Shown piece after piece: positions 1 to 14,308 of a stretch of 64,000 nucleotides of DNA (its first letter is position 1; the number at the start of each line of letters is the position of its first letter). Under the pieces are notes generated by a model that was not told the origin of the DNA, did no database searches, and saw only the letters and a program-made list of their open reading frames with translations. The translations under genes and the position numbers were made by a program. This DNA comes from Octopus vulgaris. Its lineage: Eukaryota. The stretch lies in assembly GCA_951406725.2 (NCBI GenBank), contig OX597814.1:120466001-120530000 (forward strand), given 5' to 3'.

Positions 1-179
1 CGACTCTGTTCTGTGAACATTACTAATCTTTCAATGCACGAACAAATAATTTTGTCCATCTTCTTCATATATTTATGATGCAAATTCTCAACAGAAATGA
101 ATAGTATTATCGTGTCCAGAGGTAGCAGAGATTTTTCTTTTACTTGTGTCTACTTTGATTAAAATCGCATTTCTGTTTA

Positions 180-830
180 ATTCCATCTGGCTCTGCATCT
201 TTGGCATCGATTACTGAATGATAATGACTTAAAGTAATTAGCGATGGTGAAATAGCGCGAAAGGTGTATGTCAATCTATTTAGCGTTAATGATTTTTAGA
301 ATTCGTTAACTGCAAGTTACACGCTAAATGTCTCTCACCATTACTCTGTTATTTAGGGAAGAAACCTATTCAATGCTTTATAAAGAATATGTATATAATT
401 GGAAATCACAACCGAAGCCAAATATATTCAATTAAGGAATTTCCTAACTTGAAGAAAATTTAGAGATTAAATGGGAAGGAAGCCTGAGACTTGCAATAAT
501 TAAGCAATGACCACATATTATTTTGATTTTGAATCTCTTAATACTTTCTAATTTTACCTTGTAGCCCGTTTTAAGATAATATGATAACAATCTATGCCTG
601 GTAGTCGTAGAACAAAACTGATCCTAAACTTGTAATTGGGAAATAGAGTAAGACGAAATATCTAAAATTTGGACAGATGTAAAGATAGGCAAAATGAGAA
701 TAGTAGAAAAGATATAAAGCTTACATGTAGTGAGCAGAATGATGGGTTTTAAATCAATTTAGAAGACGCATTGGACTCTGGGTCGATAGGTAACACAATA
801 ACAAAATGTTATAAAGAACTTGACCTTTGG
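180..830 (-). mobile_element. Highly decayed Penelope-like element relic (RT C-terminus/GIY-YIG region)
   Basis: The minus strand gives SYSISQLQV*DQFCS, loosely like the PLE motif SIPYSQFLRLRRICS. Many stops and frameshifts; similarity judged by eye only. Confidence 0.3.
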
Positions 831-1624
831 ACTTTATAATCGATAAATGTCTAAAACAGAGCCAACAGAGCCAGCAGAGAATAAGCTCAGTTCGAAGTTG
901 AAGTATTTACATTTATCTATAGAGAACTGATTTTTTGTTTTTGTTTTTGTAGCAGATGGAAAAGACACAGCAATTATTACATAGTAGTGGTTCATTTCAT
1001 AGCTATCGTAACAGAACACAGAAGGAACAACATACAGTGTTACAGTTGGCAACGGTACCACTTTATTATTTTTATTTTTATATTAATAGAAATGGAACCT
1101 AATGAAACCGTGTTATTAATCTTACTACGAAAGTTATCATATATAATTATAGTCTTACTGATTATGAATAAATTATACATATCTAACTTACATAAATGAG
1201 TAATGACACGTTATAATTGTAAAGTCTTTAATTTTTAAGCTTTACGCTCTTTAATTATAGGGATACATACGTCAGGTCTTTCGCCAGCATGACTTATACT
1301 AGCATCGTTGTTAACTTGGTATTAGGATATGTATCTATACATGTGTGGCTGCGTGTGTGCGTTTATCTGTGTGTGTGTATGTGTGGTGGAGTAGGGCTTT
1401 GTGGATGTAAGAGTATACTAGTGAGTGCTGTGTATCTTAGTATAGTGCATGTAATGTTTATATAACCGGACAAATTCGGCAGTATAGTATGTAATCGGTG
1501 GGCATCTGTATGAAAGTCTCTATCAGAAGAGATGAAAGCAAGAGCGAGGATACTAGATCAATGGAATTTATGAAATAAATAGGACAATAACAGTGCTGTA
1601 AGGTGATATTTATGCGCAAGTAGG

Positions 1625-1835
1625 GCTGTGGGCTGGCAGAATCGTTAACATGCCGAGAAGAACGTGTCTCAGCATTTCGTCCGTCTTTTCGTTCTGAGTA
1701 CCAATTCCGCCGAGGTCGACTTAGACTTTCATATTAACGAGGTCGATAAAATAAGTACCAGTTGATGATTGGAGCTGATATAACCAACTCACCCCCGTCC
1801 GCGAAATTGCTGGCCTTGTGCCAAAAATTAAAACC
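1625..1835 (+). mobile_element. tRNA-derived SINE family B (B2-type tail), diverged
   Basis: gctggcagaatcgttaac head, ttccgccgaggtcgactt core, gtcgataaaataagtaccagtt; matches the 16241 copy. Confidence 0.85.
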
Positions 1836-1893
1836 AATACTTATGTACAAGTGTATCCGAAAAATGCGAATGCTCGGAAATGCCATTTTTCGC

Positions 1894-2284
1894 TTACTCT
1901 TTTACTTGTTTCAGTCATTTGACTGCGGCCATGCTGGAGCACCACCTTTAGTCGAGCAAATCGACCCCAGGACTTATTTTTGGAAGCCTAGTACTTATTC
2001 TATCAGTCTCTTTTCCTGAACCACTAAGTTACGGGGATGTAAACACACCAGCATTGGTTGTCAAGCGATGTTGGGGCGACAACCACAGACACAAACACAC
2101 ACACATATACATACATTTATACGACGGGCTTCTTTCAGTTTCCGTCTTCCAAATCCACTCACTAGCCTTTGGTCGGCCCGAGGCAATAGTAGAAGACACT
2201 TGTCCAAGGTGCCACGCAGTGGGACTGATCTCGGAACTATGTGGTTGGTAAGCAAGCTACTTACCACACAGCCACTCCTGCGCC
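1894..2284 (-). mobile_element. tRNA-derived SINE family A, full length
   Basis: Minus strand: ggcgcaggagtggctgtgtggtaag A-box-like head, B-box-like segment, internal (TA/TG)n, gagtaaaa-type tail; about 10 copies in the window. Confidence 0.95.
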
Positions 2285-3129
2285 TTATTTATTTTTATTC
2301 GAGATGTAAGCTTTCTATTAATATTTGAAAATAATTGAAAAATAAATGAATTCAATCAATTCAGGAAAACGAAAAATGCAATTAATAACTGTTACACAAT
2401 GATGGTGTGAGAAGAAAGTGACAAATTCCACGAAGATGGAAAAGACCACAATGTAAAAACTGGTAGAATTCATAGAGAAAATGTAACTGTGGTGAAAGAT
2501 TGGAAAGGTAAATGTAACACACGTGGTGTAGATTGGAAACGGCAGTGGGGGAGAAACTTTATCTTTTTTGTGTGAGAAGAATGGTCAGTAAGGAAATGAA
2601 GCAGCAGGGAACAGAAGTGTAATTGGGAACGAAGACGAGGCGGGTGGAATTGGGGAGGAAATAAGCAATTCGAAGCTGTTAACCAAAACATGGGTAGCGA
2701 CGTCTAATAGAAAGTATGAGTGTGTACGTGTGAGGTGTGGTGGTGGTGGTGGTGGAGGTGTTGCAGGTGGGGCTTGTGTGTGTGTGAATGAATGTGATTC
2801 TAGATGCGAATAAGAAATAGATGCATCGTTGATGTCGAGTGGCGTGGAATATAGTGTTCGAGTCTAAACGTAAGACTTAGGGATTTGAGTGGAATAGTCA
2901 CTGGAGAGGATTCTCTGCAAATCTTTTGGACAAATGGTGGGTAGTTTGCTCTATAAAGATCAGAGAGCATATATCGTAGCTCGCTCAACTTACACATACA
3001 CATATACAAACATAAATACACACAAACATACACACAAGTGTGTTTGCATATATACACACTTGTGATCACTTCAAACACCATGATTTTGATATATCTATCT
3101 ATATATATATACATATATATACATATATA

Positions 3130-3626
3130 ATCAAAATCATAGTGTTTGAAGTGATCACAAGTGATGGCGAAATTCTACTCCCATTTATCTTCCCACACTG
3201 CCTCGACTCAACACGGAGACGTATATCTAGTCCTGGAGGATGGAGTGCAGCCCTGGGTCAAGAGAGTGGCTGCTGGAAGACACAAAAATCCCAGTCATGG
3301 CTGTCAGTTAATTTCTGCGACCACATTACCTCTAACGCCTGGCTACCTAACTCTCCAGATTGCAGCTCCTTGATTATTATGTTTTGAGTGCAGTTGAGCG
3401 ATAGAGCAACGAAACTCCTTGAAACACCAAAGATGAACTGAATGCAAAGATTATGGCAACATTCACGCTCTTAATCAAGATGACTTCCCAGAAGAGGTGT
3501 TGGAGATTCTGACATCGTTCGGAGCCAATCGGGAAAAAATTTGAGTGAATAAATTTAATCTTTCCAAGTTCAAGATGTCGGTGTTATTTTCATTTTTGTG
3601 TAATTTAGACGACTGTTTATTCACTG

Positions 3627-3633
<7 letters not shown>
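3130..3633 (+). mobile_element. maT/DD37D-type Tc1-mariner transposase 3' relic with right TIR
   Basis: VFEVITSDGEILLPFIFPH, QPWVKRVAAGR and WLPNSPDCSSL motifs; 3601-3633 is the reverse complement of the TIR at 27905. Confidence 0.85.
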
Positions 3634-3717
<84 letters not shown>

Positions 3718-3901
3718 GAATGGAGTCGAACGAAGATGTTAACAAAATTCCTTTACGAATTCTCCATACTGCCGATAAACATAGGATAATTCATTCACCT
3801 GCTTATATATATATATATGTATATATATATATACACATATATACATATATATATATATACACATATATACATATATTTACATACACACACACACGCTCAC
3901 G

Positions 3902-3944
<43 letters not shown>

Positions 3945-4004
3945 CCTTTTCATCAATATAGATATGTTTGTGATTGTGTAAGTGCGCTGAATATTTATTA
4001 CAGA

Positions 4005-4499
4005 CTAGCAGTATCGCCCGGCGTTGCTCGGGTTTGTAAGGGAAATAACTATATAAGCAATTTTAGAGAGTTACTTCCCTTATAGATGCCAATTCGGGCT
4101 TTCTTAGCCATTTCTGTTTTGGTGTCTTCAAGCCATGAAGTCGATGTTCTAAAAGAACGCTTTACGACGTTGATTTCCTTACACTTCCTTCCCCACAGCT
4201 TCACGAGGGAGGGAAGAAGGGGGAGAAGCAAACAGGTGCAGGTGTGACCATGGACGCCAACTCCGCCGCCATCGACACACGAAAAATTATGCATTAAAAT
4301 GGAATAAAAAATGATGTTAAATTATTTTAAAAATCGTAGACTCATCGTAGACGCGCGCTAATACTGAGACGGGCTTGATATGAATCACGACTATAAGATA
4401 CCCGAATTTGGTTAAACTGCACCGCAAAATGTGGGAGTAGTTAGGAATCTAAATCGAAGGGGACAGACACTCACACAACTACAGTTTTATATATATAGA
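4005..4499 (-). mobile_element. Non-autonomous Helitron, complete
   Basis: Minus strand starts A|TCTATATATA (4499) and ends with hairpin CCCGAGCAACGCCGGG followed by CTAG|T (4005); inserted between A and T with no TSD. Confidence 0.85.
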
Positions 4500-6663
4500 T
4501 ATTTAACTGAAAGAAGCTATGAATGCAAACATATGGTTTTTGGGCTAGTGTTGTACAGAACAATAGGAAGGGAGTCTCATAAGTGACCGGCTCATTGTTA
4601 GTTAAACTTTCCAATCATAATAACTTCGATGAATTGATATATTATTGGTAACATTCCAAGTAATTCTGCAAGAACTGATCTAGCAAAAAGAAAATAGTAC
4701 TTATCTTATTACATAACGTTTACCTTATATCTACTATTAATTACTGATGATATTATGACTGCTGTTAGTTTATGTGTCTTTATATGAAATTGTAAGTAGT
4801 AGTAAATTCATTTTCAGGATTGAGCCCGGCTTAATTACATGAGGTAATATATCTAGTAATGATAAATTCATTTTGGATATAAAATACTTTTAACGATATA
4901 AGACTACTACATTGTACCTCTGAAGATTTCGATATATCGCCCCTGAAGGGATTGATACAAAATTCGCATTCATTCACTCGATTTAGTTGCGATACAGACA
5001 TACAGTATTCGTTATCATCCACAGTGGAAATATATGATTGAACAGTGGATCAATAGCTTGGATTCAGACACAATTGTGCAATTAGACCTGGTGCAATATC
5101 TGTTATAATTTATTCTTTCCTCACATATATCGGTCATTCCACTGTAAATTGGCAAACAATACATCAATCTGAATTCAATTAGAATTCATTTACTTTCTCT
5201 TGCAAGTTTTCTTTTCCTGCTATCTCCCTTCCCTCACTTCTCATTCTAAAAACACGTATATGTGTGCATATGCGTGATAAAGAGACTTTTAGTCTATTTC
5301 AGTGTCATTATCTCCCTATATATTTTTCTCTCAATTTGTTATTCTACGTCTCCCAGTCTTTGTACCTTTTCAGCACTACGAAGTAGGTCAGTACATTTTA
5401 CAACTAAACATTCGGCACGTGTAATTGTCCTTAATACACGCACACAAAGAAAACACACGTTTGTTGTACCAACAAAGATGCTTTTATAAACTGTAATTGA
5501 TGTAGCCTTTGCAGGTGACAATATGAATGAATCCCAAAATGCATTTATTTTGAAACTAACGCATGAAAACAACTCTAAATAAACTCACCTACTGCAATAT
5601 AGAGACTGTGAAAGAAGTAGAAATACAATTGATTTGGGAAAGTTATTGAAAGCATATTTAAGAATTAGCGCGCTAAGAGTGATAGAAAAATGAAAAGTGG
5701 TAAGATTTGAGGGACGAGGCAAGTGGAAATGGGTTTAAAAGAAATATAGTAAGTAAAAGCACAAAGTAATCCCCAACGCAAGTGAAAAATAGTTTCTGAA
5801 GGGGAAGAGATGCAATAAATGAACAATTAGTGAATGTGTGAAACACTGTTATGTATGACTGTGACATACAACGAATACTTTGGCAAAAGGGTGAAACTGT
5901 GTGTGGGTAAGAGTTCTGTGAGGATAATTCAGTTTTCTGTAACTGGAAAAAGGTGACGGATTCAGAAGAAGAGGGAAAAACGAAGTGCATTTCTGATCTG
6001 ATTTGCGAGAAAAGTAATGTTTAAACATTCGAAAACATTGTTGACATAAAGAACGGACAGACAGTTATTTCCAAATACAAGAATGTAAAAACTTACTAGC
6101 GACTGACACTGAAGACAATATTTGAAGTAACAATGATTTTAAGAAAGATTAGGTGTTCATTAGAGTGGTACGGGCGTTCAAGTTCTGAATAATGTCGACA
6201 AGTGAATATTAATGCTTGGAGGGTTAAAATCCTACAGATTATACATAGTTGCCATTTCTTTTGCATTGATATTTACTTAACTATCCTCATACTTTAACAC
6301 CAATGGGGAGCACAGTAGAAAATGCTTTCTCTTTCAAGTAGAAGCAAAATTCTCAAATTGATAACCGAATCTCTTGCAACATATTTTGGGATGTGGTGGT
6401 CCTACGCCACGATGCTACGTAAATTGAAGAGCAATTATAACGTTGCCATATATCATTTATAGAAAATAATATTAATCAAGATCTCATAATGGAACATGCT
6501 TGAAATAGGAGGGAAAGAAAAATATGTATATACTGTAGATTTATAATAATCTAAAGCAGTTGAAGAATATTGTGAATGTTTACAAAGTTATGGGCTACAG
6601 CGTTTACCAACGTTGTTGATATTGGTAATTACACAACACATACGTATGTATTTATATATGTAC

Positions 6664-7040
6664 CTCTTTTACTCTTTTACTTGTTTCAGTCATTTGACTG
6701 TGTCATGGTGGAGCACCACCTTTAGTCGTGCAAATCGACCCCAGAACTTATTCTATCGGTCCTTTTGCCGAACCGCTAAGCTACGGGGACGTAAACACAC
6801 CAGCATCGGTTCTCAACCAATGTTGAGGAGACAAACACAAACACATAAACACACACACACGCACACACATATACATATAAACGACGGGCTTCTTTCAGTT
6901 TCCGTCTGCCAAATCCATTCACAAGTCTTTGGTCGGCCCGAGGCTGTAGTAGAAGACACTTGCCCAAGGTGCCACGCAGTGAGAGTGAACCCGGAACCAT
7001 GTGGTTGGTAAGGAAGCTACTTACCACACAGTCACTCCTA
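6664..7040 (-). mobile_element. SINE family A, internally deleted
   Basis: Alignable to 1894-2284. Confidence 0.95.
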
Positions 7041-7045
7041 TGTAT

Positions 7046-7118
<73 letters not shown>

Positions 7119-8933
7119 CTGTAATTACCGCGACTCCCATAATACAGTTATTCGAGTTGCTTAAGTTATCAAGGAACGCTGTGCAAGTTCATTTGACTTT
7201 TGTAATACCGAATCATAAATCGTACAGTCACTCGCATTTAAATTAGTTAAGTTAATATTAAACGTATGTGTTAAAATATCAGATAACAGATACTTATTTC
7301 CTGTTTTCTATTAAAAAGAAAATTAAAATGCTCTTACATTATTTTAGCAAATCTATCAATAGTGATATTGTCATTGATTGTTCACAACTTCTTGAAATAT
7401 ATAAAACTGGGGGATAGAAAAACACTGTAAAATACACTGATCCATGATATAATTTTCCCTCATTGGTAGTTCAATTCCTTGAAATTCTACATCAAATTGA
7501 TGCAGCAAAATAGAAACGGCAGCCGCAGAATACCGATTCTGCATTTGGCAAAGAATGATTCAGTCGACGCATTGTAATCTCTCTCTCTCTCTCTGTCTCT
7601 CTCTCTCTCACTCACTCTCTTTCCCTGTGACTTTCATTTTCAACTTTTCGTACGATGATTACAAAACTCCTGAATGAATTTGCTATCAATACACTCCCAA
7701 AACTTATTGCGTTTCTCCTCAAATTTAATTCCAAAATCATCCCTAGTGAATTCTCTTTCGTTTTCAGTTCGATAAATTACTTCTCTGCAAATTGCTTCCA
7801 TAAAGTAATCACTACTATAGTTTAGATATAAACGGAACGAACTTCACCGGTTTTCTCAACCTCTCTAAGTAAGTGCAATTTATAATCATATATTAGCAGT
7901 AGAGACTTATACTTAATAAACTATTCTATCATAATTGTCTACAATCTATTATCCGTTTGCCATGAGTAAGCTGAAATGGATTACATTTCCATAGATTAGT
8001 TTTCCATGAATCCTACCTTTTGCCGATTCTACTCATTAACTGTTTCGAAAAGAAATGATTGATCACTGTGGAACAGTTTAAGCAAAGGTAGCCAACACTC
8101 AGATCGCTTTCAAATACTCATGAAGACAATGAAATCACTATTCATTTCGTAAGCTTTCGGCGGGTGTCGTAATTTTACGGAGCTCAATATCTGTATACTT
8201 TGCAAAGTTGACATAAGTTGATTTATTTTTGTTAAAATTGAATTAGTCTCTTTAATATCCTATTTCGAAATACTGGTAGGCGACGCACAAGATTTACTAG
8301 TCCTTTCGTGAAACATAAATATAATTAGAAACTCCTATGCTTTTCTCCAGACAAGTGGTAGACGAAATGAGCGGTTGAATGCTGGTTTAGATACAATACA
8401 TTCGAAAAGTGCATAAGTATATCCCCAGTATATAAAACCAGCACCATTTTCCAAGATGTCAAGGGGTGCTAAATAATAGTTTATGTGGACTGTATTGCTA
8501 TATTTAGGTTAACATCTAGGATTTGAAATTATTCCAACACAACAATCGCTGTACATCGCTGTGTCAAGATATTGAAATGGTGAAGAATAAGTGTTTTTCA
8601 TTTTGGCAGCTGAGAAGTTTTTTGTCCAAGAATTGAACAATTTATTGTAATAAGTATATAACTTTTCGGGTCATTCAGCTCTCCTTTGGAAATGAAAATG
8701 TTGTTATGTCATTTACGTCCGTATCTAAATATGGCCCCAAAAGAAAGCAAAATTTATGATGGTACTATAATTCACTTGAGACATTTAAACATTTATTTTC
8801 ATTCTACTGTCTAGTAGATTGTAGATAATTCTGACATTCTTGAAGACTGCCTCATTTATAGGTTAACTTCTTGTACGTTGTTTATATAAAAATAATTGAA
8901 CAATGTCACAGAGAGAGAGAGAGAGAAAGAGAG

Positions 8934-8984
<51 letters not shown>

Positions 8985-9619
8985 ATCGTGATATTGCATG
9001 TGATTAAGCATCTTATCAAAATAACAGAAAGAGTAAAAATACATGGAATTGGTTCATACAAAAGTAACTAAAATATTTTCGAGCATCCAGGGTTAATATC
9101 CGCTTCAATTTCATTGTATCTGGCGCTTATAATTCTGAAATGTTAACAGAACGTTTTAACAAATTTTTTCACGAGATTGCTGTGTGATCAATTTAACTGT
9201 TATAATTGGTATGTTCTTGTGATGTCGATAAAACACGAATTGTAAAATTTGAGGTCAGTAGCGCATTAGCAAATAAATAAATAATTAAAAAATAAGAATA
9301 TAAAATAAAAATTTAAAATTTAAAATATTAATGTAATTTTCTTAAGATTTTACAAGAATTCTAGACATGATAAGATTGTCGAAAGGAAGTTGTATATGTT
9401 TTATTATTCTTCAAAACATTTTTAAATATTGTGTCTAAACATAGGATTGGATTTTAATGGAAGTGAGACGTAATGGAAGGCCTTGTACTTTTATGAAAAG
9501 TTTTACTATGTATTCATAGAATTTTCTCCACAAATGCTTTTAGGAAATACCAGGATTATAACACAGATATGCATGCACAAAATTGCAGCTCCACATGACC
9601 TCTACGTACACACATGCAT

Positions 9620-9654
<35 letters not shown>

Positions 9655-9959
9655 ATCATACGTACATAAATACAGGTGTGTACGTGTGTGCGAATGTATG
9701 TGTGTGTTTGTGCGTGTTTGCGTGTGTGTGTGGGTAAGTAGAGGGCCAACTGAAAAAAGATAGCTACTTGGAAATTAAAAGGCATGGTACTTTTTATAGC
9801 ATTATACCAAGACTTTAATGGCCATTTTTACTTTATGAATTTGCCATAACTCACACGGTAATTACAGATGTACAGAGGTCCTGCAGTAAGTTCGTGTGAA
9901 AATGGCTACGCGTTCTCCAAACTCTCACCTCAATGAATTTGTTTAGGAAGGACTAAACA

Positions 9960-10014
9960 TTGCTAGTAGATTTCGAAAACAGAAACTGAAAGAAAATACA
10001 CACACACACACACG

Positions 10015-10053
<39 letters not shown>

Positions 10054-10300
10054 ACACACACACCCACACACACAAACACACACGCACATGTTTGTGTGCG
10101 GGTGGGTATGCCTAGGTGTTTGCGTTATTGTGTCTGTGCTTGTGCCCCAACACCGCTTGACAACCAATACGGACATGTTTACGTCAGTTCGGCCAACGTG
10201 TCTCATAGAATAAGTACTGGGATAGACCCGTTCGACTACGATTCTTCCAGACGGTGCCCCCACATATGTACAGTTTAATGACTGAAACAGTTGGAACATA
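9960..10300 (+). mobile_element. Old, degenerate SINE family A relative (3' part)
   Basis: gaaactgaaagaa, ccgcttgacaacc, atagaataagtact and atgactgaaacag motifs in the expected order. Confidence 0.7.
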
Positions 10301-10401
10301 GCAGATAAATGATTCCAAAATATAATTCGCATGTGAATAGTGGTTAGCATGGTTGATGTCAGAAGGGAATCGTATTATTAGTCTCTCTTCATACAGTACA
10401 T

Positions 10402-10632
10402 ATTTCTTTACAACCCTCAAGGGGCTAAACACAGAGGGGACAAACTGGGACAGGTAAACGGATTAAGTCGATTACATCGACTCCAGTGCGTAACCGGTAC
10501 TTACTTAATCGACCCCGAAAGGATGAAAGGCAAAGTCGACCTTGGCGGAATTTGAAGACAGAACGTAGCGGCAGACGAAATATCGCTAAGCATTTCGCCC
10601 GGTGTGCTAACGATTCTGCCAGCTTGTCGCCT
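10402..10632 (-). mobile_element. SINE family B (B1-type tail)
   Basis: Reverse complement of the 16241-16468 copy. Confidence 0.95.
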
Positions 10633-11236
10633 TTAGTCAATATAATGAAGGCTTGTACGTTTTTGACTTCCCAAAGATAGCAAAGACCAGAGAATATTAC
10701 ATCTGTATGCTTATTTCTGGCTATTTAATTTCAGTTAGCTTATGCCACTAATATTAATCCCAATTGCAAAGTAAACATGCAGATATACTGAAGACAAATA
10801 AAGTAATAGAGAGTGCGTGGTACTTCGGGAAGTATTTCATGTATGAAAGTAAAGTAAGTTCATCAGCAAAGCATTGAACAAAAAATCTTCGTAAATACAC
10901 GCAACTGCACACACATATAGATTTAAAGTGTACGTTTGTATAACAGTTCGACAACAAAACACATTCTTTTCGATCGAATTGTCTATAGAATAAGGATGTC
11001 ATAGATTTTCATTTGTGAGAATCAGATGAGCAAAACTTTTCTACAGAAAATAGGAAACACGAAAAACCCGATGCGATAACACCCTCCAGGATATTTCCCT
11101 ATTCCTCTGATAACCTTCATTCTTACGGTTTCTATTTATCAATTTGTGTATGTTTCAACTCACCATAGCTGGAAGGTATGAAAGCTACATCTTTTCATTG
11201 CTAATACAATGAAGCATTATATCTGAAAACAGATCA

Positions 11237-11285
<49 letters not shown>

Positions 11286-11337
11286 TGTGTGCGGGGGTGG
11301 ATGTATGTGTATGTATATAAATATGTACATATACATA

Positions 11338-11388
<51 letters not shown>

Positions 11389-11910
11389 AAACTCACATAC
11401 ATGCACATAAATATATATATGTATATTTATATTTATATATAAGGCTGTATCAAAAAGGTCTCATTTATACGTATGTATTCCTGCAGCAATATTAAAAGTT
11501 GTTCTTGTGTAGAAGAAAGAGAAGAAAAACAATCGAACCCCATAATACGTTATATTGTAATACCAAATGTATTTCATTATTTCGTTTACCAGAAAAAAAT
11601 ATGTAGTACGTACGATATAACGGAACGGGATAACATTGGTATCACAATGAATTCCCTTAACAGCATATTTCCTTAAAATGCCTTATTTGACTAACATAAA
11701 TTGTTATGATTGCTATAACTGGTAGGCATAAGTAACAAGAACATTAAATAAGGTCCTTCATGCCCTTGGAAATATTAATTTACATTAAAATAATGTTGTT
11801 TTATGGCTCCAAGCTAGATATACGTTGGGGCATTGCTCACTTGACTGCATTACTGCTACTACTGCTACTGTTTCTCCAGTGAATGTTGCATATACATACA
11901 ACCAATTCTA

Positions 11911-12476
11911 TTGGGTTGTCCGGAAAGTTCGTGCCGATTTATAGCAGCTTACCTTTCGACGTATGTTAGAACATGGTTGAGTTCACAAAATAGGATTTGA
12001 CTACACCTCAATTTAGAGCTCAGTTTAAGCTATCTTTTCGTGGAAGAAGGTTTATGTTCCTATAACCTGTGTTAATTCTGTAACCCTTTAAAATGGAAGA
12101 TAAGAAAGTTAATTTTCGGCACTTGATGCTTAGGGAATCAGACAAAAATTGCTGCAGCTCGGCTGGGATGTGTTACCCCATCCTCCATATTCACCAGATA
12201 TTGCTCCTTCGGATTTCCACTTATTCAGGTCTCTGCAGAATAGTCTTAATGGTAAAAATTTCAATTCCTTGGATGACGAAAAAAGATACCTTGATGAATT
12301 CTTTGCCATGAAATCACCTCAATTCTGGGAAGAGGGTATTTTCAAGTTAAAGGAAAGATGGAAGCGCATTGTGCAACAAATTGGTTCATATTTGGTTGAT
12401 TAAAAATGTAATGGCAAGTATTTATTGACCTTTTTCTATCCTTTAAAAATCGACACGAACTTTCTGGACAACACAA
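11911..12476 (+). mobile_element. Internally deleted mariner (DD34D) element with both TIRs
   Basis: TA|TTGGGTTGTCCGGAAAGTTCGTGCCGATTT ... AAATCGACACGAACTTTCTGGACAACACAA|TA. The N-terminus MEDKKVNFRHLML is joined to the C-terminal LGWDVLPHPPYSPDIAPSDFHLFRSLQNSL. Confidence 0.95.
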
Positions 12477-12912
12477 TATATCCAAAAAATATCATACATA
12501 TGTTGAGCAGCTAGATAGTCGGCAATATTCCATAACCGCTATCTCGAACACGCACTGGCGTCTCTCTGTAGCACTGATCAATTCAAATCTAAAAACGAAC
12601 TTCAATAATTAAATAGATTGTAAGTTTAATTACTATGAATGGACTGGTAAAATAATTGATTGAACCTCTTCTGTAGAGAAAACAACATTGTTCAACTATG
12701 CTTAAAAAGAAAACTAAGAAATGTGTGTAAACACAAGCAAACATGATAGAAGAAACAAGTACAACCACTGAAGCCTATCAACGTGTATATCAAAATTTTC
12801 GTAACAAAAATCCTACACCGTCTGTGTATTCACACCAAGGACGTCCATTATCATTCTTAATCGAACTGTAAAACACTTGACTTGCACATTGACATGGAAA
12901 CCATATCGTATG

Positions 12913-12983
<71 letters not shown>

Positions 12984-12984
<1 letters not shown>

Positions 12985-13950
12985 TTCTGAATAATAAATG
13001 GCAAGAAAAACCTCTCTATGGCAAATACCCAAAGAGAGTGAATAATGCAGGTATTGACAAAGCCCTGACCCACCAATGGCTCATGGCCTCTGGCTTAAAA
13101 TCTGAAACAGAAGGGTTTATCATAGCAGCTCAAGATCAATGCCTGCCAACAAGAAACTACCAGGCCAACATATTAATGAACGGCAGTAGCCCAACATGTC
13201 GTGTATGCCGACAACAAAATGAAACCATTGATCATGTTGTCTCCAAATGCAGTCTTCTAGCGCCTACAGAGTGCCTCAACAGGCATGATAGAGCTGCACA
13301 ATATATTCACTGGGTAATTTACAAAAACATGGATGTGCCCCATGAAAAACACTGGTGGTAACACAATCCACCTCCAGTGCTTGAAAATGATCACATCTCA
13401 CTCCTCTGGAACTTCACCATTCAAACCGACAGAAAGATAGATGCAAATAGGCCAGACATCATATTGAAAGACTTCAGACAAAGAACATGCCTCCTCATTG
13501 ATATGACTGTCCCAATCGATATAAACGTATCTGTCAAGACCTACCAAAAAACTGAGCAAATATAAAGATCTTGAAATAGAAATCAGCAAAATGTGGAACC
13601 TGAAGACTAAAACAATACCTGTTGTCATAGGTGCCCTGGGAATGATAGCAAAAGGGGCTGATTGCTACCTAACTCAGATACCAGAAAACCCCAAAATGGC
13701 AGATATTCAAAAGATAGTGCTCATGGGAACTGCTCATATCCTACGCAAAATACTCTCTATGTAATCCCAATTTTTAAAACAAACTTTTTTTTAATTCATG
13801 TATTAGACATTCACTAGTACAACACCAAAAAAATCCCAAATATATGGCACACTAGGCATAACAACAACGTGAACTTCCAACCTGTTGTCTCTTGAGGTCT
13901 CTGGGTGAGACTTGGAGCCAACTTGTACAGACATAAAGCAAAAGTCAAAC

Positions 13951-13952
<2 letters not shown>
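12984..13952 (+). mobile_element. 5'-truncated R4/Dong-clade non-LTR retrotransposon (zinc knuckle + restriction-like endonuclease)
   Basis: GFIIAAQDQ, CRVC..ETIDHVVSKC (CCHC), RHD, RPDII..LLID and KYKDL motifs; one stop and one frameshift; ORF ends about 13764; (AAT)n on both flanks. Confidence 0.92.
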
Positions 13953-14014
<62 letters not shown>

Positions 14015-14036
14015 TAATAATGATAATAATAATAAT

Positions 14037-14156
14037 ATGTTTGACTTTTGCTTTATATTTGTACAAGTTGGCTCCAAGTGTCAACCTGTTGTCTCTTGAG
14101 GTCTCTGGGTGAGACTTGGAGCCAACTTGTACAAATATAAAGCAAAAGTCAAACAT
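14037..14156. repeat. 120-bp unit with perfect 43-bp terminal inverted repeats derived from the Dong-like LINE 3' end
   Basis: 14037-14079 is the exact reverse complement of 14114-14156; embedded in (AAT)n. Confidence 0.9.
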
Positions 14157-14157
14157 A

Positions 14158-14235
<78 letters not shown>

Positions 14236-14243
14236 TGATGATG

Positions 14244-14308
<65 letters not shown>

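Noticed and set aside
12818-12864. Minus-strand frame RLRMIMDVLGVNTQT resembling the end of SLC17 TM7
   Set aside because: The donor is weak (GTGTAG) and it lies in the wrong order relative to the 19143 exon candidate.
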